DNA of 64,000 bases from Akkermansia muciniphila (GCA_963611795.1 CAVDSZ010000007.1:21014-85013), one strand, 5' to 3'; shown: positions 34,483 to 44,961, numbered from the stretch's first letter. Notes: generated by a model not told the origin, from the sequence alone. A program made the numbers and translations.

Positions 34483-34567
34483 GGGGGAATTCCCGAGCGG
34501 CCAAAGGGGGCAGACTGTAAATCTGTTGTCCATGACTTCGCTGGTTCGAATCCAGCTTCCCCCACCA
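34483..34567 (+). tRNA. tRNA-Tyr: tRNA-Tyr (anticodon GUA), long variable arm, encoded CCA
   Basis: Acceptor stem GGGGGAA/TTCCCCC. The anticodon stem-loop is GCAGA-CUGUAAA-UCUGU. The T-arm is GGTTCGAATCC. The discriminator is A, followed by CCA at 34565-34567. Confidence 0.9.
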
Positions 34568-34634
34568 GATTGATTACACGATTCCGCGCGTTCGAGTCTT
34601 TCAACGACCAACTGTGCGGGATAATGAATAAAAA

Positions 34635-34686
34635 ACGGAGAGTTACTTCCGAGTGGGAAGTGGCTTTCCGTTTCTGTTTTTGCTTT
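34635..34686 (+). terminator. Terminator downstream of tRNA-Tyr
   Basis: Long hairpin acggagag...acttcc-gagt-ggaagt...ctttccgt (34635-34671), followed by ttctgtttttgctttt. Confidence 0.6.
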
Positions 34687-35308
34687 TCGAATAGCCGTAT
34701 GTGGCATGGAATGAAATTTCCTTGCCGAGAAACAGCAATTAAGGCACTCTCCTACGCAAAAGATGCCACTTTGCGGACATATAATACTCTAGAATGCATT
34801 TTACTCGGTCGCCGTCCGGTTCAGCCGTCACGGAACTTCCCGAAAAACCTGCAGTTCTCCGTGCTTTTCTTTGACAGTGAAATCCGGGTCGCATTTCAGG
34901 CACTCCGCGTGCGATTCAGCCTGATAAACCCGAGAGCGAATTTGCAAGTTTGATAGGCTGACCTTGCCGCCTCCGAACCCCCGCCATCTGTTCATCACCC
35001 AGACGATGCAAAACTGAAAAAGAATAAATATTCATAATATAAGAAAATTATACATTTTTCGAGGAGTTTCGGTGACGGTTTATAAGGTCGATACCATGGC
35101 GGCGGTGACGGTTTTTGCAACCGGTCGACCGCTCGTTCCGATATGCTTCTCCATTGGTTCATCATCGGTTCGAGGTGTCCGCCGATTATATACAGCGGTT
35201 TGTCCGCACCCTGGGGAACCTTTTTTATGATAAAATAACCAAAAACGGACCGACTGCGGGCTCTGTTTGTGTAATAGTGGATAAATTTGAATTTTTTTGC
35301 TAAAATTC

Positions 35309-35337
35309 TTGCATTTGTGATGAATTCGTGAGATAAT
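35309..35337 (+). promoter_or_regulatory. Promoter of the giant LRR lipoprotein gene
   Basis: TTGCAT (35309-35314), 17 nt spacer, GATAAT (35332-35337). An AGGAGAA RBS precedes ATG 35368. Confidence 0.55.
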
Positions 35338-35367
35338 ATGCCTAATTTTATATAGGAGAAAAAAACC

Positions 35368-38300
35368 ATGCGTCACTATCAGAAAAGTCTGGTCAGCGCG
35401 TTTCTGCTGATCGTTCTTTGTGTTTCACTGTTTTTGCTGGCGGCGTGCGACAAAGGCGGGGACGTTAACCCCACCCCTAAGCCCGACGATCAGACAAAGA
35501 CGGACTATGGAATCGACAACGTCTACTTCATGACGGAGGGAGACGACGAATACCTGTTCACCATTACAGGGAATGCGTTCATGCTCTCCGGTCTGAACGG
35601 AGACCAAAGCGGTACTTTCACCTATGAAAACGGCGTTCTGACGCTCAAGTTCAAGGAGGGAGACAGTACGACTGCTTCCGCCACGATTGAGGACGGCGTC
35701 CTGACGCTTACATACAATGGAAGCACCTACAGAATGCTGCAGCGCAGCAAGTTCACCGTTACCTATGATGTGGACGGCGGCAGTGCGGTCGCGTCTCAGC
35801 AGGTGCTGAACGGCGAGTACGCAACCAAACCGCAGGATCCGAAAAAGGACGGTTGTGCCTTCATTGGCTGGTACACCGATAAGGACTACACGAGTGCTTT
35901 CGTGTTCGACAGTATCGCCATTAAGAAGGATACCACGGTTTACGCGCGCTTTGAGCAACTGATTGGCAAGTCCGAATACACGGCGACCCTTGTGGGCGGC
36001 GACGTCAACTACGCGCCCGTCAAGACCGTGAACGGCGTACTGTACAATCTGCCGACGCCCGCCGCCAAAGACGGTGCGGCATTTATCGGTTGGTGGATGA
36101 GCGACTATCAGAAACCGGACAAACTGACCGCACAGTATGAGGGGCAGGCACTCACGCAGGACGTGATCCTGTATGCTCGCTACGAGGATACGGACGGTGC
36201 GCCTGTGATTTCCGTGACGTCGACGGGGGTCAGTTGGAACTCGCTCGGTACGAACATTGCGTACCATGTGACCGTCCAACTGGACGATACCGTTGTCAAA
36301 TCGACGGATGTCAATGCGACGCGCTACGCATTTGACTTTTCCGCGGCGACTGCCGGTGATTATACGGTAACGGTGTCCGGCAACGGCAAGACCGCGACGG
36401 CGTACTATCGCAACAAGGGGCTGGATCGCGTATCCAATTTCCGCGTGGTGTCCTCCGGTATCCTGGTGTTTGACCCGGTCGCAAATGCCGAAAGTTATGT
36501 GATTACCGCCGTCTGCGGCAATCCGAACCATAAGCATATCGCCGTCAATAACGGCAGCTCGACCAACTATATTTTCGCCAACTGCGATATGCCGCAGAAC
36601 GGTATCACTTTCATCGTCACGGCGAAAGCAAAAGGCTATCTTGATTCGTCAAGCACCTACATCTTCTACCAGGGGCTCGCCACTGTGAGCGGGGTCGAAG
36701 TGAATAATGAGAAAATCACATGGAACCCGGTGGAAAATGCGATGGGCTACCTCGTCAGCCTCTCGAAGGACGGCGAAACCTATACGGACTACTATGTCAC
36801 GAGCGGCACGTCTTATGACATCACCGGCGTTGCGGCAGGGCTTCTCTACGTCAAGGTGAAGCCTGTCAGCACCGGCTATTATGCGGCGCCTGCAGACGCG
36901 GTGAGTTTTGAAAAGACGGTTCTCGCCCGTCCGAGCGGCGTAACCCTCTCCGGCACCAAACTGGTCTGGAACGCGGTGGTAGGGGCAACCTCCTACAAGG
37001 TCACGATTAATGGTACCGTATACGAGGCATCGGAAGCCGCCTTTGTGATGAGCAGCGACGTTCTCACCGACGGCATTGATGCGTATGAAGTGACGGTACA
37101 GGCGATTGCGGCAGACGCGCAGAACAATTCGCCCGTGTCCGAGACGGTCACGGTCAACTACGCGACGGTTTCCGATGTGACCTACCGTGACGGCTATCTC
37201 TACTGGTCGCCGGTTCTGAACGCCAGCAAGTACATTCTCCGCGTCGGCACGTCCGGGGCTGAGATTGAGGTTCCGGCAACTGCCGCTTTCGCTCCGGTGC
37301 CCTTTACCGAGAGCGGGGAAGTGAAGGTCTCTGTCTGCAGTGAGAATGACAACGGTGAGCGTTCCGCATGGGTTTCCACGACGGTGGAGGTCTTTGAAAT
37401 CCTGTTGGATGTCCGCGGCGGCACGGCGGTCACCAGCCTGTACAAGGCATTCGGCGATAGCCTGACGCTCCCCGAGACCACCCGCGAGGGTTATGATTTC
37501 GTCGGCTGGTATCTCGTCCCGAACGGCGTTACCGGCGGCAAGGAATACACGAGCGACAGATTTGACGGCGACGGCGATCTTGTGCTGTACGCCAACTGGT
37601 CTGCCAAGAAGTATACCGTCACCCTGAACTCAGGCGAAAACGGCACGGTGGGGACCGATACGGTCATGGTGATTTACGGCAAACTCAATACACTCCCCAC
37701 GGCGACCTGCACGGACGCGACCAGGACCTTCGTCGGCTGGTTCTCCGAGCCGAACGGTGCCGGTACCCGTTATTTCGACGACAAGGGCGAAGCACTCTTC
37801 AAGTGGAATAACGCCAATGACAACGTCACGTTGTATGCACACTATGCGGAGATTCTGTCCTATAAGGAGATTGACAACGGTAAGGCGTACTCTGTCTCCA
37901 AGGGACCCTTTGGCATCGGTAACCTGACCGAGATTACCATTCCCGCTACCTACAACGGCAAACCCGTGACGACCATCGAGGCTTCCGCGTTTATTTCCTG
38001 CAACACCCTGCAGGTCATCAATATCCCGAACACCATCGAGAGCATCAACACCGGTCTCGACGGCAAAACGGCTTCCTGCTTCCAGGGGTGCTATAAACTC
38101 ACGGCTGTCAACATTTACAGGGTGGAGGGCGCAATCGAGCCGAAGTATTTCTCGGTGGACGGTGTCCTGTACTGCACCGAATACGGCGATACTCAGATTC
38201 GTTACTGCCCGTATGCCAGGACGGGTATTGTGAAGATTGCCGAGGGGACGACGTCGATTCCGATTGGCGTGTTCAGCAGCATCAAGGTGTCCGAAGTGCA

Positions 38301-41300
38301 GATTCCGCACACGGTCACTTACATCGGCAGCAATGCGTTCTACGGCAGTTACCTGAAGAAGGTTGTGTTCCTCGCCGCTCCGGAGGGGACTGATGAAGTC
38401 CCGCTCAAGATGGAGGATAAGGCGTTCTACTACTGCCGTTCTCTGACGGAAATTACCCTCCCGTCCCGTATCACAGAGTTTACCGCCAACACCCTCACAA
38501 GTTGCTACGCACTGACCTCGATTGATATTGTCGGCGAGGGCGGTCTGTACTCTGCGAAGGGTGAGGAGGGCAGAAAGGTCCTCTGCACCGCTGACGGCAC
38601 GACGCTTATCTTCTGCCCGCAGGGCATGGCAGGTGAGTTCACGATTCCGTCCGGTATTGAAACCATCGGGGAAGATTCCTTCTCCGGTTGCAAAGACCTG
38701 AGAAAGGTCATCATTCCCGGCTACGTCAAGACCATTGCCAAGAACGCTTTCAACGGCAACTCCGGCATCACGGACGTTGAGATGGAAGAAGAAGGGCAGC
38801 CTCTCACCATCTGCGAGGCGGCATTCTACGGTTGCTCCGGCCTGACCAAGATCACGCTCCCTGCACGTCTTGTCAAACTCGAGGTCAATGCGTTCGGCGC
38901 GACTTCTTCTCTGGCGGAAGTGACGATTAACGCCATGGGTGCCTCCGCCGGTGAAGGGGAGGAGCCCACAGTCGACTTCGCGGTCGGTGCATTCACGACG
39001 ACGGACGGCAGAAACTCCTATGTGACCGACGTCACGCTCGGCGACAATGTCCCGTACTTTGATATCCCCGGCGTGATCGGCAAGAAACTCCAGAATATCT
39101 ATGTTTCCGATACCAACCCCAACTACTCCTCGGTAGACGGCGTTCTGTTCGATAAGGCGGTCACTAAGGTGGCGTTCTATCCGATTGAGCGTGTCGGCGA
39201 CTATGCACTGCCGGAGACGGTGATTGAGATCGGCGCTGGTGCTTTCCAGGGCAGAACCGAGCTGACCGGCATCACGATCGGCAAGAACGTGAAGTCCATC
39301 GGTGCCAATGCCTTTGAGGGTTGTGTAAAGTTAGCGTCCGTCACCTTTACGGACGGCGGCACGGCAGAACTCTCGATCGGGGACTACGCGTTCAAAGAAT
39401 GTAAGGTCCTGGCGACGCTCAATCTCCCCACCAGCCTGCGGACCATCGGTGCTTACGCGTTTCAGAACTGTACTATTTTGACGGCCGTGAAGATTCCCGA
39501 AGGGGTGACCCGGATCGGGGAAGGCGCCTTTGTCTACTGTAGAGATCTTGAGACTGTATCTCTGCCTTCCACTCTGAAGGAAATTCAGATGGCGACCAAG
39601 AAAACAGTTACCCTCGATGATGTGGGGTCCTGTAACATCTTCCGTGGTTGCCCTAGCCTTACCACCATCACGGTGCCGGATGGTGCCCATTATTTCGGTA
39701 CGATTGACAATATCCTGTACCAGAAGGCGGCAAAGACCGTGACGGACGACGGTGAAGAATCCACCGTTTATGTGGAAGTGTCGCTGTTGTTCTGCCCGCA
39801 GAAGAAGGCAGGCTCCCCTACGGTGACCATCCCCGGTACCGTAACGACGGTCAAGACATGGGCATTCTTCTCCGCTACGACGGTCGAGTCCCTTGTATTC
39901 GAGGATATGACCGATGCGGACGCGACTTTCACCGTCGAGAGTAATGCGTTCTACGCCAGTGCTCTGACGCAGGTGACGCTCCCGAAGGGGCTGAAAGTCA
40001 TTGCAAAAGAACTGTTCATGCTCTGCTCCACGCTGGAGACAATCACAATCCCCAGCACGGTGACCAGTATTGAGAACGGTGCCTTCCGTTCCTGCTCCAG
40101 CCTGACGAACCTGATCTTTGCCGCGCCCGGCAAGGACGATAAAGTGGTTCCGCTGGTCATCGAGGACGCTGCATCTTGTGATAAGTCGCCCTTCTATGGC
40201 TGCACGAGACTCACGAATATCGTATTCCCCGAAAGAATGACGGTGCTCGGTGACTATGCTTTCAGCGGTAAAATGGCTAGTGAGTATGATAGCTCGGACA
40301 TCGTTCACGCCATCAAGTCCGTGACGTTCCCCTCCACGCTCGAGCGCATCGGGCAGTACGCTTTCTACCTGGCGCGTAACCTGACCTCGGTGACTTTCGC
40401 GGATAAAACGGTATTGAAAGACGGCACGTCTCCCGCAATCGGCAACTATGCTTTCAATAACTGCAAGGCGCTCGTGAGCATTTCTTTGCCGGCGGTCGAC
40501 ACCGATAAGCCGTATTCAATCGGCGAATATGCCTTCAGCAGAACGGGTCTGACGTCGGTCACCATTCCTGCCGGGGTCGGCTCTCTCGGTAAAATGTGCT
40601 TCTATTGGGACGAGGACCTGACCTCCGTTACTTTCCTTGACGGAGCGAAGCCTACGTTCGGCGATTTCGTGTTTGATTCCTGCTACGCTCTCCCGAGTAT
40701 CACGATTCCCGAAGGTACGACAGGAATCAGCTCCAGCATGTTTAAGAACTGCAAGTTGCTGACCACGATTACCATTCCTTCGACGGTGACGTCCATCGGC
40801 GGCAGCGCGTTCTCCGACTGTAAAGCGCTGAAGACAATTGTTTTCTCGACCTATGAGAACGACGGGAAGGCGTATTCCCGCATCACCAGCATCGGTGACA
40901 ACGCTTTCACCTCAACGGCGCTGACCTCGTTCGCCTTCCCGACGCTGGAGACCGGCACGCTGTCGCTGGGCAAGAGCCTCTTTACAGGCTGCACGCAGCT
41001 CACGTCGGTGACGCTCTCGAAGTCGGTCGGCTCGATTGACGGCGTGCTCACCGGGTGCTCCTCGATCACGAGTTTCACGGTTGATTCCGAGAACCAGAAC
41101 TTCTCCGCAGTGGAGGGCGACCCGATTCTGTACAATAAGGATCAGACCGCCTACCGTTACATCGTCGGGCTCCTGCTCGGTGAATTCCGCATCAGTGATA
41201 AAATCGAGGAAATCGGATCGAGTGTCTTTGAGAACCAGATTGCACTGACCAAACTGATTATCCCCGCCAATGTGAAGACCATCGGTGACGGTGCATTCAG

Positions 41301-44300
41301 AGGCTGTGCTCTGCTGGAGACCGTGGTGTTTGAGCATAGCGAGGAGAAACCGAGTCAGCTTTCCACGCTCGGCAAGGAACTGTTCAAGAACTGTTATGAA
41401 CTCATCAGTGTGACGCTGCCGGGTAACATGACCGTTCTGCCCGAGTCGATGTTCTACAATTGCTATAAACTCCCGACCGTTACGCTCCCCGATACGCTGA
41501 CCACCATCAGTAAGAATGCTTTCTACGGCTCCGGTCTCGCAACAATTACAATCCCTGCCAAGGTGGCGACAATCGGCGATAGCGCTTTCTATGGCTCTAC
41601 GAGCGGTGGTTTGCTCACGACCGTGAACTTCGCCACGTTGTCGGACGGTTCGACGGCCCTCACGACAATCGGCAACAGTGCCTTTAAGTACCAGGCACTG
41701 GAGTCGATTACGTTGCCGAAGTCGCTGACGTCGCTCGGTACCGATGTCTTCTACAACTGCAAGGAACTCGTCAGTGCTTCACTTGAGAATACGGCGCTCA
41801 CCGTGATTCCCAAGAATACTTTCTATAACTGCACGAGCCTGACCACCGTCAAGCTGCCTGCCGGTTTGACTGCCATCGGTGCTGCGTCTTACAGCGGAGC
41901 CAATGCGTTCAGTGGCTGTACATCGCTGAAGGAAATCACGCTGCCGGATACGGTGACGGTCATCGGTAATTCCGCATTCACCGGTTGTACCTCGCTCGAG
42001 ACGGTCAACATTTCCGCCAGTTCCGGCTTGATAACCATCGGTACGTATGCGTTCCAGAACTGTGAATCCCTGAAGTCTATCTCTCTGCCCGCCAGCATCG
42101 CAACAATCGGCACAACGACATTCAAAGGCTGTAAAGCCCTGACGACGTTCACGATTGCAAGCGGCGCCAAGGCTCTGACAAAGATTGACACCAGTCTCTT
42201 TGAGGGGTGCGAATCGCTAACCTCTATCGCAATTCCGGACAGCGTGACCTCGCTCGGCAAGAACGCCTTCCTGGGCTGCGCCGCGCTGAAGTCCGTGACT
42301 TTCGGCAGCGGTTCCAAGTTGGATACGATTCTTGCCTCCTGCTTCGAGAAATCCGGTCTGGAATCCATCACGATTCCGAAGGGCGTGACCGTCCTCGGTA
42401 CTTCCAAGACCGCGGGGGCTGCCACCTCTTCTGCAAAGCAGTTCCTGGATTGCGTCAATCTTAAGAGCGTTACTTTCGCGGGGAACATCAAACTGCTCGG
42501 CGGTTATGTCTTTCAGAACTGCTCGTCGCTGACGTCCGTCAGTTTCCCGGCGTCCGTTACCCAGATTGGTAACTACTGCTTCGACGGATGCACGCAACTC
42601 GCCACTGCCACCTTTGCCTCCGGCGCCTCCGCGCTGACGATTGGCACCTACGCATTCCGGAACACCGGTCTCACTGCATTCGAGGTTCCCGCCAGAGCCA
42701 CGTCGCTTGGTAAGTATGCACTCAGCGGTAGCGAAAGCCTTGCCACTGTGACCTTTGAGACGAGAACAAAGGCGCTGTCGCTCGGCGATAGCATCTTTGA
42801 GAACTGCACCGCATTGACGTCGGTCGCATTGCCGGACACGGTCACTGCCATCTCGGCGAGTACCTTCTACGGCTGCGAGAAACTTGCGACCCTGACGATG
42901 ACCCAGGTGACCTCTATCGGTGACAGCGCGTTCAGAGATTGCTCCGCACTGACGGAAATTGCGCTCCCCGAGTCGTTGACAAGTATTTCCACCAATGCCT
43001 TTATGGGCGCGGGGCTGACCTCCGTCACGATCCCGAAAAACTGTACGAGCATCGGCAATAACGCCTTTGGCTACTGCCGTTCTCTGATGAATTTCAGCGT
43101 GGCAGAAGGGAATACCACTTTCACCACATTCGACATCACCGAGAATGAGACGGTCCTCCTGAAACTCGGAGCCGAAGAGGGCGATCCGTCCACCATCATT
43201 GCCGCACCGGCTACAGTCACCGATACCGTCACGTGGCCGGAGAACTGCACCATCGGCGGTTACGCGCTGAACGGTATGATGACGACGATGACCTCGCTCG
43301 TGATTCCTGAAGGTGTGACCGAGATCCCGGATTACGCGTTCATCGGCTCCAGTCTGGAATCCGTGACGCTCCCCTCTACGCTGACGAAGATCGGCAAGGG
43401 CGCCTTCAGCGGCTCCAAACTCAAGAGCATCACGATTCCGGCGGCAGTGACCGAATTTGGCGGCTCCGCATTCAAGAACTGCACGAGCCTGACGACCATC
43501 ACCTTTGAGGGTGAATCGCAACTGACCACGCTCGGCACATATGTCTTTGCCGGTAGCGGTTTGACGAGTATCACGCTCCCCGCAGGTGTGACCAACCTCT
43601 ACAAGGAATACTCCGCTTCGTATACTTTCGCGGATTGTGCGTCGCTGACTTCCGTGACCTTCCTCGGGGAGATTACCGAACTGAACGGCTACGCTTTCCA
43701 GAACTGCACGGCACTGCAGAGTTTCACGATTCCGTCTACCGTGAAGGTACTCGGCAATTATCTGTTCGCCGGCAGCGGTCTGACGAGTATCACGATCCCC
43801 GGTACGCTGGAGAGAATGTACATTGCTTCGAAGTATACGCAGACCAGCGCCGGCTATACTTTCCAGGATTGCACTGCCCTGAAGACGGTCGTCATTGAAA
43901 ACGGCTTTAAGTACCTCAACGGCGCATCGTTCAAGGGGTGCACCGCGCTGACGAGTGTCACGTTCCCCGCGAGCGTTACCGTGGTCGGTGCCAACGCCTT
44001 TGAGGACTGTACCGCGCTGACGGCAATCAGTTTCCCGAAGGACATGGAAGCCAGTATCGGTGGCTCTGCATTCAAGAATTGCACCTTGCTTTCCGGCGTG
44101 ACCTTTGCCGCCGGGTCGAAGATTACCAGCATCGGCTCAGAGGCATTTGTCGGCACGGCGCTGACCTCCATTGAGATTCCGGCATCCGTGACCACAATCG
44201 GCGCAAGTGCCTTTGCGGGTTGCACGACGCTGACCTCCGTGACTTTTGCCACCGATTCGCAGGTGAATAGCATCGGTGCCAGTGCCTTCAAGGGAACCGG

Positions 44301-44928
44301 ACTGACCTCTATCACCCTGCCGGAGAATGTCGAAACGCTGACGCTCGGCGCAAGCCTCTTTGAGGGGTGTGCAAACCTCACCAGCGTCACGCTCGGCAAG
44401 TCCGTCAAGGCAATCAGTGTCACGATGTTCTTAAACTGCACGTCGCTTGCCTCCCTGACGATTCCTGCCAACGTGACCACACTCGGGAATGAAGCATTCA
44501 GGGGTTCGGGACTTACCTCGATTACGATCCCCGCGACGGTGACCAAATACGGCAATTCGATGTTCAAGGAGTGTCTCAAGCTGGCAACCGTTGTGTACGA
44601 GGACGGCTGCACGAGAATCGAAAGTTCGACTTTCACCGGTTGCACCGCGCTCACTTCCGTGACACTGCCCGATACGATGACGTACATTGGTATGAACGCC
44701 TTCGAGGGGTGCACGTCGCTGTCCGTGATTGAGATTCCGGCGTCCGTTGTCAACCTGTATAAAGGCGTGTTCAAGGGGTGGACTGCCGAACAGACCATTC
44801 GTGTCAAGGCGCCCAAGACCATCTGCGCCGGCTGGACCTACGGCCTTAATAGCAGTTGGGACGAAGACTGCCTGGCGACAATCATCTGGGACTACGGCAC
44901 GACGCCCACGACGACTACGAACGACTGA
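35368..44928 (+). CDS. Giant (3186 aa) surface lipoprotein: lipobox, lipocalin-like module, InlB B-repeat (Listeria-Bacteroides repeat) units, Fn3-like modules, then a very long BspA-type leucine-rich-repeat array
   Basis: The signal peptide plus lipobox is LFLLAAC (Cys27). B-repeats include FTVTYDVDGG...CAFIGWYTDKDY...TVYARF and REGYDFVGWY. Five V(S/T)W...Y.V modules fall at about aa 278-675. From about aa 855 the units read (I/V)TIP..VT.IG..AF..C..LT.V. There is no LPXTG motif and no C-terminal TM. Confidence 0.85.
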   Translation: MRHYQKSLVSAFLLIVLCVSLFLLAACDKGGDVNPTPKPDDQTKTDYGIDNVYFMTEGDDEYLFTITGNAFMLSGLNGDQSGTFTYENGVLTLKFKEGDSTTASATIEDGVLTLTYNGSTYRMLQRSKFTVTYDVDGGSAVASQQVLNGEYATKPQDPKKDGCAFIGWYTDKDYTSAFVFDSIAIKKDTTVYARFEQLIGKSEYTATLVGGDVNYAPVKTVNGVLYNLPTPAAKDGAAFIGWWMSDYQKPDKLTAQYEGQALTQDVILYARYEDTDGAPVISVTSTGVSWNSLGTNIAYHVTVQLDDTVVKSTDVNATRYAFDFSAATAGDYTVTVSGNGKTATAYYRNKGLDRVSNFRVVSSGILVFDPVANAESYVITAVCGNPNHKHIAVNNGSSTNYIFANCDMPQNGITFIVTAKAKGYLDSSSTYIFYQGLATVSGVEVNNEKITWNPVENAMGYLVSLSKDGETYTDYYVTSGTSYDITGVAAGLLYVKVKPVSTGYYAAPADAVSFEKTVLARPSGVTLSGTKLVWNAVVGATSYKVTINGTVYEASEAAFVMSSDVLTDGIDAYEVTVQAIAADAQNNSPVSETVTVNYATVSDVTYRDGYLYWSPVLNASKYILRVGTSGAEIEVPATAAFAPVPFTESGEVKVSVCSENDNGERSAWVSTTVEVFEILLDVRGGTAVTSLYKAFGDSLTLPETTREGYDFVGWYLVPNGVTGGKEYTSDRFDGDGDLVLYANWSAKKYTVTLNSGENGTVGTDTVMVIYGKLNTLPTATCTDATRTFVGWFSEPNGAGTRYFDDKGEALFKWNNANDNVTLYAHYAEILSYKEIDNGKAYSVSKGPFGIGNLTEITIPATYNGKPVTTIEASAFISCNTLQVINIPNTIESINTGLDGKTASCFQGCYKLTAVNIYRVEGAIEPKYFSVDGVLYCTEYGDTQIRYCPYARTGIVKIAEGTTSIPIGVFSSIKVSEVQIPHTVTYIGSNAFYGSYLKKVVFLAAPEGTDEVPLKMEDKAFYYCRSLTEITLPSRITEFTANTLTSCYALTSIDIVGEGGLYSAKGEEGRKVLCTADGTTLIFCPQGMAGEFTIPSGIETIGEDSFSGCKDLRKVIIPGYVKTIAKNAFNGNSGITDVEMEEEGQPLTICEAAFYGCSGLTKITLPARLVKLEVNAFGATSSLAEVTINAMGASAGEGEEPTVDFAVGAFTTTDGRNSYVTDVTLGDNVPYFDIPGVIGKKLQNIYVSDTNPNYSSVDGVLFDKAVTKVAFYPIERVGDYALPETVIEIGAGAFQGRTELTGITIGKNVKSIGANAFEGCVKLASVTFTDGGTAELSIGDYAFKECKVLATLNLPTSLRTIGAYAFQNCTILTAVKIPEGVTRIGEGAFVYCRDLETVSLPSTLKEIQMATKKTVTLDDVGSCNIFRGCPSLTTITVPDGAHYFGTIDNILYQKAAKTVTDDGEESTVYVEVSLLFCPQKKAGSPTVTIPGTVTTVKTWAFFSATTVESLVFEDMTDADATFTVESNAFYASALTQVTLPKGLKVIAKELFMLCSTLETITIPSTVTSIENGAFRSCSSLTNLIFAAPGKDDKVVPLVIEDAASCDKSPFYGCTRLTNIVFPERMTVLGDYAFSGKMASEYDSSDIVHAIKSVTFPSTLERIGQYAFYLARNLTSVTFADKTVLKDGTSPAIGNYAFNNCKALVSISLPAVDTDKPYSIGEYAFSRTGLTSVTIPAGVGSLGKMCFYWDEDLTSVTFLDGAKPTFGDFVFDSCYALPSITIPEGTTGISSSMFKNCKLLTTITIPSTVTSIGGSAFSDCKALKTIVFSTYENDGKAYSRITSIGDNAFTSTALTSFAFPTLETGTLSLGKSLFTGCTQLTSVTLSKSVGSIDGVLTGCSSITSFTVDSENQNFSAVEGDPILYNKDQTAYRYIVGLLLGEFRISDKIEEIGSSVFENQIALTKLIIPANVKTIGDGAFRGCALLETVVFEHSEEKPSQLSTLGKELFKNCYELISVTLPGNMTVLPESMFYNCYKLPTVTLPDTLTTISKNAFYGSGLATITIPAKVATIGDSAFYGSTSGGLLTTVNFATLSDGSTALTTIGNSAFKYQALESITLPKSLTSLGTDVFYNCKELVSASLENTALTVIPKNTFYNCTSLTTVKLPAGLTAIGAASYSGANAFSGCTSLKEITLPDTVTVIGNSAFTGCTSLETVNISASSGLITIGTYAFQNCESLKSISLPASIATIGTTTFKGCKALTTFTIASGAKALTKIDTSLFEGCESLTSIAIPDSVTSLGKNAFLGCAALKSVTFGSGSKLDTILASCFEKSGLESITIPKGVTVLGTSKTAGAATSSAKQFLDCVNLKSVTFAGNIKLLGGYVFQNCSSLTSVSFPASVTQIGNYCFDGCTQLATATFASGASALTIGTYAFRNTGLTAFEVPARATSLGKYALSGSESLATVTFETRTKALSLGDSIFENCTALTSVALPDTVTAISASTFYGCEKLATLTMTQVTSIGDSAFRDCSALTEIALPESLTSISTNAFMGAGLTSVTIPKNCTSIGNNAFGYCRSLMNFSVAEGNTTFTTFDITENETVLLKLGAEEGDPSTIIAAPATVTDTVTWPENCTIGGYALNGMMTTMTSLVIPEGVTEIPDYAFIGSSLESVTLPSTLTKIGKGAFSGSKLKSITIPAAVTEFGGSAFKNCTSLTTITFEGESQLTTLGTYVFAGSGLTSITLPAGVTNLYKEYSASYTFADCASLTSVTFLGEITELNGYAFQNCTALQSFTIPSTVKVLGNYLFAGSGLTSITIPGTLERMYIASKYTQTSAGYTFQDCTALKTVVIENGFKYLNGASFKGCTALTSVTFPASVTVVGANAFEDCTALTAISFPKDMEASIGGSAFKNCTLLSGVTFAAGSKITSIGSEAFVGTALTSIEIPASVTTIGASAFAGCTTLTSVTFATDSQVNSIGASAFKGTGLTSITLPENVETLTLGASLFEGCANLTSVTLGKSVKAISVTMFLNCTSLASLTIPANVTTLGNEAFRGSGLTSITIPATVTKYGNSMFKECLKLATVVYEDGCTRIESSTFTGCTALTSVTLPDTMTYIGMNAFEGCTSLSVIEIPASVVNLYKGVFKGWTAEQTIRVKAPKTICAGWTYGLNSSWDEDCLATIIWDYGTTPTTTTND
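37930..44790 (+). repeat. Coding array of BspA-type (LRR_5-like) leucine-rich repeats, about 23-25 codons per unit; my rough estimate is on the order of 90 units
   Basis: Visible protein-level periodicity (..LTSVTIP.SVTSIG..AF..C..L..) throughout. The units are diverged at DNA level, and no exact long DNA repeat was noticed by eye. Confidence 0.7.
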
Positions 44929-44961
44929 TTTTGACTCCAAAAACGATATCGTGTTTTTCGT

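Noticed and set aside
34168-34953. 261-aa + strand ORF spanning the tRNA-Tyr gene
   Set aside because: It crosses a canonical tRNA, its promoter and its terminator, and its sequence is low-complexity.
37930-44790. Strong roughly 70-75-nt periodicity, considered as a possible CRISPR array or tandem DNA satellite
   Set aside because: The periodicity is at protein level (LRR units within one ORF). The units are diverged at DNA level, there is no repeat-spacer structure, and no cas genes are present.
35425-44940. Multiple 150-430-aa minus-strand ORFs inside the giant LRR gene, and similar ones in 50917-52017 and 57057-58781
   Set aside because: They are antisense to continuous, motif-rich + strand ORFs and have no independent support.
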